DNA of 64,000 nucleotides, from the NCBI RefSeq assembly GCF_011386835.1, contig NC_088795.1:118606001-118670000 (forward strand), given 5' to 3'. Position 1 is the stretch's first letter. The number at the start of each line of letters is the position of its first letter. The notes below the pieces were generated by a model. It was not told the DNA's origin. It did not search any database and saw only the letters and a list, made by a program, of their open reading frames with translations. A program made the position numbers and the translations under genes. Shown here one piece after another: positions 48,527 to 59,998 of the stretch. Source of the stretch: Chrysemys picta bellii (lineage: Eukaryota).

Positions 48527-50808
48527 CTTAAGTCGTGGTCCCTTGGATACTGGCTGTTAGCCCAATTTGCAAACTGCCTGGTTCATTGTGATGTTGGATT
48601 GAGACTCCCTTATTCAGCAGATGGGTTTAACAAATCTTTATTAAGGCAAACCTTTCAGCAAGTGGTAATCAATTACTTACAAGTGGAAAGCTCATCAGTA
48701 CGATCTCCTCAGTCACCTCCAGTACTGGACAATACAGCTTCAATCTCCCTTTGTTACTCAAAATTTATAACTTTTTTTATCTTTTCTTATACATCTGTAT
48801 TAGTGTCTCATTTCCATGTTAACATTACTTCCCTGTCAGTACAGGTCTAGCATTATTTCAAACCCATCTTTTCTAGCTTTCTAATGACTTTATCTATTTT
48901 TAATTCACAGATGTGATTATTCTGCAATTTCTTACATGTGCAGTTTTACCTATGTTTACTCTGTTAAATATTATCAGAACAGTTTTAAAATTCACAGCAG
49001 GCTTCTATAAGCCAAAATATGTCTTTGCTCTCAACAGTAGTTTAGGTACAAGTGATCATGACTTGATCACATTTATAATAAGCAAGTAGAGTAAAGTCCA
49101 GAGCAGTAATACATATACTTGGTGCTTGAATAGGGCCAATTGTACAACGCTAAAAACAATTGAGAGCCAGATCATCTAGGAGGAATAACGTAATCAGAAA
49201 AATTTGAATGATAATTGGGAATCATTTAAGAACCTTACTAGATACCCAAAAAGCTACAATCCCTCAGTTGAGGAAGGAGGGCCATGTTGGTTAAAAAATT
49301 GGCCTGGTTTAGAGGCAAAGTGAAGGCAGCTATTGAAAAATATATAACAAAGGAGAAGTTAATAGTAATGAGTATATATCAGGAGTTAAGAATTGTAGGA
49401 AATTGGTAAGGGAAGCCAAGAGACATTAAGAGAAATCTGTGGCCAGCAGAGTTAAGGGACAATAAAGAGGAGTTTTTAAAATATGTTAGGAACAAAAAGA
49501 ATCCAGCAGTGATATTGGTCTATTACTAGATGAAAATGGTGGTAGAATTTTTGATGATAATACTGAAAAGACAGAAGTGTTCAATAAACATTTCTGTTCT
49601 GTATTTGAGGGGGGGGAAAGATTAGGTAGTCTAATCATATGGTGATAATACTTTCTATTCCACTAGTATCTCTGAAGGATGTTAAACAGCAGCTACTGAA
49701 GTTAGACATTTTAAAATCAGCAGGTCCACTGCATCAGGAGTTTTAAAAGAGTTGGTGGAGGAGCTTGCTCGTCCATTAATGTTGATTTTCAATAAGTTGT
49801 GGAGAACTGAGGAATTTCCAGAAGACTGGAAGAAAGCCAATGTTGTACCAATTTTTAAAAAGGGTAAATGGGCTGACCTGGGGAATTATAGGCCTGTCAG
49901 TCTAACACTGATCCCTGGCAAGCTAATGGAGCGGCTGATTTTAGGACTCAATTAATAAAGAATTAAAGGAAGAGTAACTAATGCAAATTATGCAAAATAG
50001 ATCCTGCCAAACTAACTTGATTTTTTTTTTTAAATAAGATTATGGGTTTGGTTGATATAGCTAATAGTGTTACCATGATATATACTTATCCTTCTCCAAA
50101 GATTTGACTTGGTATCACACGACATTTTGCTTAAAAAAACAAGAATGATATAAAAATAATATGGTAAACATTAAATGGATTAAAATTTGGCTAGCAGATC
50201 TCAAAATTTAATTGTAAATGGGGACTCGTCATCGAGTGGGTGTATTTCCAGTGAAGTCCTGCTGGAATCAGTTCTTGACCCTACACTATTTCAGTTTTAT
50301 CAATGACTTGGAAGAAATTATAAAATAATCACTGATAAAATTTGCAGATGACACAAAAACTGGGAGAGTGGTAAATAATAAAGAGAATAGTTCACTGATT
50401 CAGAGCGATCTGGATCATTTGGTAAACTGGGCGCAAGTGAACAATATGCGTTTTAATGCAGCTAAATGTAAATGTATCCATCTAGGAACAAAGAATGTAG
50501 GCCATACTTATAGGATGGGGGACTCTATCCTGGGAAGCAGGGACTCTGAAAGAGATTTGGAAGTCATGGCGAATAATCAGCTGACCATGAGCTTCCCAGA
50601 ATGATTCTGGCCAGAAAAGCTAATGCAGTCTTGGGATGCATAAATGGGAATCTTGAGTAGAAGTAGAGGTTATTTTGAAACTGGTGCGACCGCTGCTGGA
50701 ATACTGTGTCCAGTTCTGGTGCACACAATTCAAGAACGATGTTGATAAATTGAAGAGGAGTCAGAGAAGATCCACAAGGACTATTAAAGGATTCGAAAAT
50801 TTGTTTTA

Positions 50809-51047
50809 GGCTTGGTCTACACTGCTGCTTAAATCGATGTAAGCTACGTCGCTTGGAGGTGAAAAAATCACCCCCATAAGCGACCTAGCTTACGTTGACC
50901 TAACGTGGTTTCTACACCATGCTATGTTGGTGGGAGACGCTTTCCCGCCAACTTACCTTCTGCCTCTTGGGGAGGTGGACTACTGAAGTCAATGGGAGAG
51001 CACTATCTTCACCAGACCTGCTAAATCAACACTGCTGCATCGATCGA
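50809..51047. mobile_element. Harbinger-type MITE fragment inside CR1
   Basis: Left end ggcttggtctacactg after tta; right end missing; CR1 resumes afterwards. Confidence 0.7.
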
Positions 51048-51438
51048 TCAAGAGGTGACTTGATTACAATCTATAAGTATCTACATGGGGAACAAATATT
51101 TGATAATGGGCTCTTCAATCTAGCAAAAAAGGGTATAACACAATCCAGTGGTTGCTAGTTGGAGCTCAACAGATTCGGACTGGAAATAAGATGTAAATTT
51201 TTAACAGTGAGGGTAATTAACCATTGGAACAGTTTATGAAGAGTTTTGGTGGATTCTTCATCACTGACGATTTTAAATTCAAGATGGAATGTTTTTTCTA
51301 AAAGATATGCTCTCAGAATTATTTTGGGGAAGCTCTGTGTCCTGTGAGCACAATGATCCCTTCTGGCCTTGGAATCTGTGAACGAATTTCTACAAAACTT
51401 TCAACAGGAAGGCTGTGTGGGTCAGATGGAGAGAGAGC

Positions 51439-51602
51439 CCCCAGAATAGCCAATAGCCTAGTGGTTAGGGCACTCACCTGGATTATGGGAGACAACCCAG
51501 GTTCAAGTCCCTGATACAAGTTAGGCAAAGCAAGGACTTGAACCTTGATGTCCCACATCCCAGGTGAGTACCCTAACCACTGGGCTATTGGCTGTTCTGG
51601 GG
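51439..51602. repeat. Inverted pair of tRNA-like SINE heads
   Basis: 43-bp arms (51439-51481 / 51560-51602) with 3 mismatches; inverted B boxes ggttcaagtcc (51500-51510) / ggacttgaacc (51534-51544). Confidence 0.75.
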
Positions 51603-51629
51603 GTGGGCAGGTCTTTCATTTGTCATGAC

Positions 51630-51979
51630 CAGGGCCGGCTCTGGCTTTTTTGCTGCCCCAGGCAAAAAAGCCTCCGGCCGCCCCCCAGCGCGGCAGGGGA
51701 GGGCGGCCAGAGCGCCGGGGGGAGGGCGGCGAGCCCCAGTCGGGGCTCCGCTCTCCCCGGCGGCGAGCCCCAGTCGGGGCTCCGCTCTCCCCGGCGGCCA
51801 GAGCGCCGGGGGGAGGGCGGCGAGCCCCGGTCGGGGCTCCGCTCTCCCCGGCGGCCAGAGCGCCGGGGGGAGGGCGGCGCGGGGCTCCGCTGTCCCCGGC
51901 GGCCGGAGCGCCGCGCCGCCCCCCTCCAGGTGCTGCCCCAAGCACAAGTTTGGTGGGCTGGTGCCTGGAGCCGGCCCTG
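51630..51979. mobile_element. GC-rich hAT MITE with internal tandem repeats
   Basis: TIRs cagggccggctc / gagccggccctg; perfect palindromic 8-bp TSD gtcatgac. Confidence 0.92.
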
Positions 51980-53204
51980 GTCATGACAAATGTTGAAAGG
52001 TCTGTTTCATCCCAATGAGTAACTAGAAATTTTTTTGGAAACTCTTTCCATCCAGTTCTAGGCTACAGTTCTGGGCTGGCTAGTAAAGGTGCTTTACTTC
52101 CTGTGAATTAGTGGTAATTTTTCCAACTCTTTTTTCCCCTCCCCACCCTAATCTCTCTCACTCGTATGAATATTGAGCGTCTAAATTTTGATGCTTGATA
52201 TTTGAAATCAAATTAGCGAGAATTTTTAAGATGCATCCTCACAGAGCTTTCGCAGTTCTGCCAAGCTTCAACTTTTCCAAGAAAGTAGAAGGCAGTAACT
52301 CATCATTCACAAGATAAATCAGGTCATGTGATTCCTAATAAACACAAAATGAGTTACAATCATGCAAAAATCTGATTACCTTGTTTTTGGCGGGATACGT
52401 GGACAGCATTGTTGTTTTTCTTTTTAGGAATGAAAGCTAAAAATCACTTTGATCTGGTAAACGTGGAAAAGAATGGGGAGGCAAACAGAAATGTGGGACA
52501 GGATACAAAACAATGAGTTGTTTAAAAAGAAAAAGACATTGATACTGGTGTTTCATTTACTCCAAGGATTAAAAAACTGATCTTTCAAATGCACTGAATG
52601 TGTTTTTGAAGAGTAGCTTCTCATTCCTCAGATTCAAAACACTCTGAAAGGCCCTGTTTCTGCCCAAAAAGAACAAATTCCCTAAGGACTCAGGAACTCT
52701 TCTGGATTTTTTTTGTTCTGTTTTTTTCTTATTGGTTTTGAACAGTGACAAGATGATTATTAATACAGACAAGCCATAGTATTGTTAAATACAAATGCAG
52801 ATACTTACCACATAGAATGAAAACTTTTCTAATTGACAATTTTATCCTATATAAGTAGTTGGGATAGTGTTAACAATATGTGTTACTATTTGTAAGGGAT
52901 GCCAAATAAAACTTAAGTTTTCTGAGACACATCTTGGTTAACATAATTTAATTTCATATTATCTTAAAGGATTTTTTAAATAGAAATGTTGCATCTTGAG
53001 TAACATTCCAGTGAAAATTATTAAGGTTTGAATAATTACAGCTATAAATGTAATAACTTGCTAGAACTGCATTGCTGTTCCTATAAAACATCATGCTCTA
53101 CATTTAGATGTGCTCCTTGAATTCTCCAGCCAAATGCACTGAGGACTGAAGAAAATCACTGAGTATTGCTAATAAATCAGTTTTGTTCTTGGGTTGCTTT
53201 GTAG

Positions 53205-53287
53205 AAGCCATGAAAGAAGAACCTGAAGTACTCTTTGAGGATCTGTTTGAAAAGGCCAAAGCTGGAGAACCAAAAGCCCAGACGGAG
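53205..53287 (+). CDS. WFS1: Wolframin coding exon (exon 3)
   Basis: Acceptor ctttgtag|; 83 nt; (E)AMKEEPEVLFEDLFEKAKAGEPKAQTE matches wolframin FEEVLERARAGDPKAQTE; donor GAG|gtaatt. Confidence 0.95.
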
Positions 53288-53616
53288 GTAATTTTATACT
53301 TTTTGTCACTACTTTTTTTATACTCTTTAGAGGCCATTTATTGACTATAGATAAATAAAATAAAACGTTTGTTAGCTGTATCCGAAATCATATCTGCAGA
53401 GAGCACTGCAAACAGCTTTGAACATCTCTGAACACTGGCGAAACTTCATCCAGCATTGTTGTGGTTTAAAGTCAGAAAACGTTACTACACACTTCCAACT
53501 CTTGTGGAGTTCTCTTCCAAAAATGGTTCAGTTGAACCACATCCTCTGTTAGAATTTTAAATTGTTCAAAGTGAGATGATGCCAAATAGCTCCTTGGCCT
53601 GGAGAAATTTATATAT

Positions 53617-54110
53617 TTATTTATATAGTCACAGCGCCTAAGAGCCGTAGTGCTGAATGAGGTTTGCATTTTGTTCCAATGGTGGTAAATTAAAATCAAA
53701 ACAGTATCCAATAGTCATTATATGGACACTTCCCTCTTATCTCATTGTATTAGACACTGGACAAAAAACGAAATGACACTCCCTGCCCCAAGATGCTTAC
53801 AATCTATAATTAACTTTCACATCTACCCCAAAGGCTGATACTGGACTGGAACCTGGGAAATCTGATATAAATTAAAAATAAAATATTTATCAGCCTTTGG
53901 GGTAGATTTGAAAGTTAATTATAGATTGTAAGCATCTTGGGGCAGGGAGTGTCATTTGTTTTTTGTTCAGTGTCTAATACAATGAGATAAGAGGGAAGTG
54001 TCCATATAGTGACTATTGGATACTGTTTTGATTTTAATTTACCACCATTGGAACAAAATGCAAACCTCATTCAGCACTACGGCTCTTGGGCGCTGTGACT
54101 ATATAAATAA
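53617..54110. repeat. Long inverted duplication, 224/223-bp arms, 47-nt spacer
   Basis: 53617-53840 is the reverse complement of 53888-54110, with about 4 substitutions and one 1-nt indel. Confidence 0.95.
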
Positions 54111-55049
54111 TGACTAATACTAGAGGAATGCTATAAACACAGTAATTCTGAGTTGTTTCAAGGTTTGCAAATGACTCAACAGCACCAACCTTGAGCCATT
54201 TGAAAATGTACAAAGTATGTTTCCTGGTGGATTAGTAAGGGCATTCATATATACAGGGTTGAGCTCTTTCTGTAACTTTCCCCATCTATGCTGAATAAAT
54301 GCATTTTTAAAAACCCTTTAGGTACTGAAACTAGCTACCATTTGGCTGTTCAATTGCCTATGAGAATTGAGTCGATCTTAGTTCTGTCCCTGAAGGTATT
54401 TGTTAGCAGTTTTACGGTTTTTCTATACTAAAAAATTGCATCGATTTCATTAGATCAGTTTAAAATTCTAAATAAACCGATACAAACACCTAATGGAGTT
54501 GCACTTAAACTAGTTTAATCCTCACTTTAAATCACTTCTGCTAAACTTGTTAAATTACTGACTTAAATTAAATCAGTAGAAACATGTATATGGTCAAACA
54601 GATGTGCTAATTTAGTATAGATAAGGCCTGAACGACACTGAGACTGAACTGTCATCTCACCCTCACAAATGGTCCTTCTAAGCTGAGATGCAATGACATT
54701 TAAAAAAAAATTGGAGGTGGGGGTCAGGAGTGAGAATTGAGTGCTACTGCACTGAGAGATATCCCAACAGAATAGTAAAATAATAATAATTATCTCTAGA
54801 ACTGGTGCAAACATCCTGCACACTCACCCATATACTTCAGACCTCGTATTTGAGGGCAGCCTCAAAAAGGGATCAGTCTGAAGAGTTCCTAGCCTCTGAA
54901 ACAGCAAACACCTTTGTGGGTAATGGTATTTTGAACTTGGAGGATCCTTGCCACCAGAACCCTCAGTTTGGTTCCAATTCCAGCAAAGAACAAAAACCTG
55001 TAATTTCTAGTTGCTTAAGAAATATGTAAGCCAAAATAGTAGGCGAGTA

Positions 55050-55830
55050 AAGCTTGTGGAGACACAGAGAAAACTAACGTGTTGATGATTTGTCCATTCT
55101 GGCTGACAGCAAAGAGGAATTGGTAAATATGGTATCAGAATGGACATCTGTTTGAAGATCATGATTTGAAGGTGAACCCAAAGAAAACTGAAGTGCCTAT
55201 GCATGTAGGCAGATGGAAGAAGAGAAGCAGTTGACTGAAGTTTCAGGAGAGAAGCTGAATCAGAAGAATTTGTGTACTTGAGAACTACACAGTGCCATCC
55301 TGAAGAGATCTTGAAAACTGAAAAGAACCCACTGTGCCTGGGTGACCGTGAAAAAGGTGGTAGGAGTATTGTGGAACCAGCAATTAAGGAACAAACTGAA
55401 GGCAAAATTGTATCTTGTGTGTGTTTATCCCTGCCTGCTGTATGGTTTGGAAACAGTAGGTCTTATGGAGATGGGGGAGTGGGGGGGGGAGAAGACACTG
55501 GTAGTAGAAAATAATATACTGAGGAGAATGACAGGCAAGCAGAGCGTAGACAGTGTACATGGAAGAAATTAGGGGCAAGATGAACTTGGGACTCCTAGCA
55601 ATAGGCTGGACATATGATAAGAATGGGAGAAGAACAACCATTAAAGAAAGCATGGGAGGAAGAGGACAGCAAGAAAGGATATATTAGACTGAGGATACAA
55701 TAAGAGACTTTAAGGGAAATTTGAAGAGAAAAGACTGGAACTCCAAGACAGAACACAGGGGTTTGGAAGGAGTGACCCAGAGTCGTGGGCACGGATGACC
55801 CTGTGTAAACGGGAACAGGAATCATGAAGT
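55050..55830 (+). mobile_element. RTE-clade LINE 3' fragment (decayed)
   Basis: Frameshifted KVNPKKTEV..GEKLNQ..FVYL and LRNKLKAKLYLVCVYPCLLYGLET..VVENNILRRMTG, typical of the RTE post-RT region. Confidence 0.7.
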
Positions 55831-58059
55831 GTAAGAAATATATAAACAGAACCCCTGTGTTACTGCTGGAAAATCCTTCTCTGTTTTCTTCTATAAAATC
55901 AAAACCTGTTTAAATAACAGCAAGCCACAGTCCCCGTTAATGAGATTCTGGACTAATAAACTGGCTATCATCCTAGGAGTTTATTAACCTAGAATATGGG
56001 CTTTGCATTCTTGTCAGGAAGATGTTACCGTTGCACTGCAGCTTTAAACATTTTTAAATGAAAGTTGAGCAATAACAAGCAAAATGGGCTGTCAAAATGC
56101 AGAGACGATAATTGGTTTTAAAAAAAACAAAACCTGAAATCTCTCTACCTTTCCTGGTTCTCTCCACCCTTATTCCCCCTCCTCTGATGCCTACATGTCA
56201 ATAAGGCTCTTGTCTTGAAGATAACAGTATGTTTTCAAGTTTAATTGTGTTCGTCTCAAAATAAACAAAAAAAAATAGTTAGGAAGTTGGAGCTCTATTG
56301 TCCAGTGGAGAGGGACAAGAGGAAGGAGGAAAACGAGATTAAAAAAAAATCTTGTTTAAAATATTTAAATAGATTCATTCTTGGCAGTTTGATAGCCAAG
56401 AGTGTGTCCATTATGTGGGTGGGGCAGGGTGGAGAGAGTGCATCTTCAGCAGAAGTGAGTGAAAAGCTGAGGTGGTGGTATTTGTAGCTTGCTTATGGCC
56501 TAAAAAATTGACTAGAAAAATATCACTCAATTCAGGAACTTGGACAAATCACTGTAAGGTTATACTGAAATAACCCTGCACTCTGTGTGTCTCAGACTCT
56601 GTTACAGGGATTTGCGTACAGTACTTTTATGGAAAAATACCTGTATAGTAATTATGCAGATGAGACACCCAGAGTCAGAGCTGCATAATGGAGAAGAGGC
56701 AGTGATGTCTGTTACTGTACAGGGTCTCTGCACTCTTGACTGGTTGTGACCACTCTATTTCAGTTAGCAGAACACAGCGATATGAGGGAGTGAGCGCTCA
56801 TGTTAGAGGAGTAACCTGAAGATGTACACTGTTAATTTGATTCTAAGTACCTCTTTCTGCCTCCCAGTTTTAGCTCACGATCTAAACAAAGAGCATCCTC
56901 AAGTTAACATTAAAACCACCTGATAAGCTGGAATGAGCAGGAATGGATATTCTATAATCCCCTCGAGTCAAAAGGCTTCTAGCCATTTTAAATTTTGGTA
57001 ACTTTAAAATGAAAATATTTGTGCAAAAGTTTTATCACCAATCTCATTTTAAAGCCACTGTTGCACAATACTCATTCAGAAAGGACAGATCACAGCCTAG
57101 CATATAGCATCTTTCAGTGCAGTTTCATGGAAAGACTAAATATAGTTGCTCTGGTTTTTCTGTTAATTTAAAAAAAACCCATTAATTCCAAGAGCTTATG
57201 TATCTTTAGAACCAAAATAAGGGTAAAATGTTCTCTTCAGAAGGTAGCTACTTACAGATGCTGCTACTGTACCTTAAACAGAAAGCTCTATCGCAAAACC
57301 CAAGTATTAGGCTGTGGTTCCTTGTGAAATAGTCATTCTTATGGCTGATTCCATGATTTGTGTGGTAGATATCAGTTTCTGGGACTATGGGATATGTGTA
57401 GAGGAGCTGTATTAAGTGCTGCTGTTTTGGGATGGCTATAAATATAAACACACTGTAGGAATAGCTGTTCTTGGGACAGGTTTTATTGACACAATAACTT
57501 CCCTATAAATCTTGCTAACGCTGTCTACGGTGATGACAAACTGCCAGTATGGTACTTGTACCTAAGCTACATTCTTGACTTTCTGCCATTTACTCTCTTC
57601 TGTCATCTGCTACTGCATCAATGTGCTTTTCCACTTCATTGAGTTGAAATATGCCATGGTAGTGATTGTACACTATCAGTTTGGTTTACTTGGTCTGAGT
57701 TTCTCTTGCCTATTTGCATCTTTTCTGGTAGCTTCAATTTTATGTAGTGTACATTTAATCACAAAGGTCCTCATCCTGCAACTGGATCTGTGTGGATTGG
57801 TAGTGTAAGAATCCACCTGTGTCCATCCAACCTGAGAATTGGGGCCCAAGTCAGACCTGCTAATCTGCCAAGAAAGGTCAGGTTTTTTGTAAGGTGGTGA
57901 TGTTTAGCACTGCAGAATCATTCAAAAGTTTAATTATTAGCAATTCAGTTCTACAGCATAGATTCAGTATTTTGGGGTTCATAATGGTATACTCTAGGGG
58001 GTTGCATTTATTTTCCTTTCATGTGTAACCATCAACATGATGATCTCCTCCACACTCAA

Positions 58060-58375
58060 CCATCATGATGGAGGGTAGGCCAAATTTGAGTGAGTTGCAC
58101 TGCAACCCCATGAGCCAGGTCACAACTCCGCTCATACAAAGTTGGTCCAGTCAGGGGGGCGGACCTGCGGTGCAACCGTGGAGGTTCCAATGCCTGGACT
58201 GGAGAGCCAAGCCCAGCCAGCCTCACAGAACAGGAGCTGCTACTATGAGGTGAGTGCGGGGCAGGACATGACTGAAACCACCCCAGGGCCTGCACCCCCA
58301 AATTATGTACTGGGTCACAACAGGCCGTAAATATTTTCAAATGTGTCCTGACCCCAAAAAAGTTGAGAACAACCA
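58060..58375. mobile_element. Degenerate hAT-like MITE
   Basis: Right end gtcctgaccccaaaaaagttgagaac; left end eroded. Confidence 0.45.
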
Positions 58376-58825
58376 TCTCAAGGCCCTCTACAGAGATTAC
58401 TTCGTCTAAATTCCTGTCCATCACTGATACCTTGCTATGGCACTTCATTTTGCATTTTTAAAGTTGATCTAGCTGTATTGTATAAAAATGAATTAGCTTA
58501 GCATCTGCTCCTTCTGTCTAGCATTAGTAGCATTCAGTGTTGCATTTAGCCATATACTACCTAATGTTAACTCATTTGTTTACTTAATCAAATGTGCCAG
58601 AAATCAATCATTGCTTCTGCTTGTATCTTGTTCTGGAAGTTGATCCCTGATCTCTTGCCAGTTTGCTGAGGACAACTTACAGCTGTGTGCCTTAATGTTA
58701 ATTCAGCCTATTTGACCTCCTCCTTCACAGATATAGCCTTCACTAGCTGAGATAAAGAGAACAGAAGATATTTAAATAGCTATTGAACTAACTAAGGAAT
58801 TCTGTTTGCTCGCCATTCTTTCCAG

Positions 58826-58970
58826 ATGGGAAAACACTACCTGAAATTAGCAGAAGAACAGGATGAAGAACTCAACAATTGTAGTGCTGTTGACTGGTTG
58901 ATTCTTGCTGCTAAGCAGGGTCGAAGGGAAGCTGTCAAACTGTTGCGGAGATGCTTAGCAGACAGAAGAG
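58826..58970 (+). CDS. WFS1: Wolframin coding exon (exon 4)
   Basis: Acceptor ttctttccag|; 145 nt; [48 protein letters not shown]; donor G|gtatgg. Confidence 0.97.
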
Positions 58971-59249
58971 GTATGGGTTCTTTAGGAGCTTTAACTCTTA
59001 TATTTTTAGTCTGTACTTTAGCTACAAATAATCATCCATTAAAATATTGGGGAGACAGGTTAAAATATACTTTAAAATCTGGGTATATTTGGAGCAAAAT
59101 TATTTGAACAGCTGCTGATAGAATGTTGGAGTAGTTAATTAAACGAATAACATATGATTTTGCATATAGAAGTATTAGTGTCAATCATGTACTTGAATTC
59201 CTTCATTAGATTCTTATTTCTTACCAAATCTCATTGAAACTCTTCATCC

Positions 59250-59630
59250 TTGCCTTTAAGGTTAATTTCACACCCCGCCTACATATCTGCTGTTGTTCTC
59301 TTCTCCTGTCCCTCTCATTCTCCCTTTATTCTTCTCAATCCTCTCGCCTAATTGGTTCCCTCTACCATATTCTCCCATTTCAAGATTCACGCCTTCCTTC
59401 ATCCCACTTCCTACGCTTGGAATAGTCTTCCTCATGTCTGCCAAGTATCTGATCTCGAAACCCATTTCTTTACATAATACTTCCTACCTTGTTCTCATCA
59501 CCAGTGCTCTATCAATGTCATCTTTTACCTGAATTGTTGTCCTTGTGTCTTGTCTTCAGGCAAGATTACAGACTCTTTGTGGCAGGGAACATATCTTATG
59601 CAATCCATAAAGTGTACGGTACATTTTAAG
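59250..59630 (+). mobile_element. Old L2-like 3' fragment
   Basis: cttcctacgcttggaatagtcttcc...gattacagactctttgtggcagggaac resembles an L2 3' end. Confidence 0.45.
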
Positions 59631-59827
59631 ATGTGTATTTTTTGTTGGTAAACCCTGAACACAGAACAATGTAGGAAAAATTTAGTTATCTTGAGAAGAT
59701 GACATGTGAATCAGCTTGTCCAAAAACTTAGAACTAAAGTGGGAAAAAAAGAACAAATTGTGAGCATGTCTATCACTTCTTCCCGAGATGTGGGATGATA
59801 ATATCTAATACACTTTCTTTTCTTGAG

Positions 59828-59998
59828 GCATCACTTCTGAGAATGAGCAAGAAGTGAAGAAATTATCATCTGAGACTGATCTGGAGAGAGCTGTGAGAAA
59901 AGCTGCCTTAGTTATGTATTGGAAATTAAATCCAAAGAAGAAGAAGCAGTTAGCAGTTTCTGAACTGCTGGAGAATGTTGGGCAAGTTGACAATGAAG
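59828..59998 (+). CDS. WFS1: Wolframin coding exon (exon 5)
   Basis: 171 nt; (G)[56 protein letters not shown]; acceptor ttcttgag|; donor G|gtaggc. Confidence 0.97.

Larger units (their letters stand above)
44653..49036 (-). mobile_element. Internally deleted LTR retroelement / endogenous provirus with gag, integrase-tail and env remnants
   Basis: Two related TG..CA LTRs (44653-45068 and 48592-49036); minus-strand polypurine tract agtgggaag at 45069-45077; PPPY at 47610-47621; integrase-like PSWKDPCYIMDKDSSSVY..WLHAMQMK; env furin site RDRR at 46102-46113. Confidence 0.85.
44390..51380 (+). mobile_element. Long CR1 LINE (endonuclease to 3' end), split by a provirus and a Harbinger MITE
   Basis: CR1 rejoins across 44652/49037 (aaaattaa..gtagtttaggtacaagtgatcatgac); ORF pieces PEDWKKANVVPIFKKGK..NYRPVSLT and IQSDLDHLVNWAQVNNMRFNAAKCK; 3' end ggccttggaatctgtgaa. 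Confidence 0.9.

Noticed and set aside
58826-58831. In-frame ATG at the start of exon 4 as an alternative start
   Set aside because: Equally explained as a Val-to-Met substitution; no sign of an internal promoter
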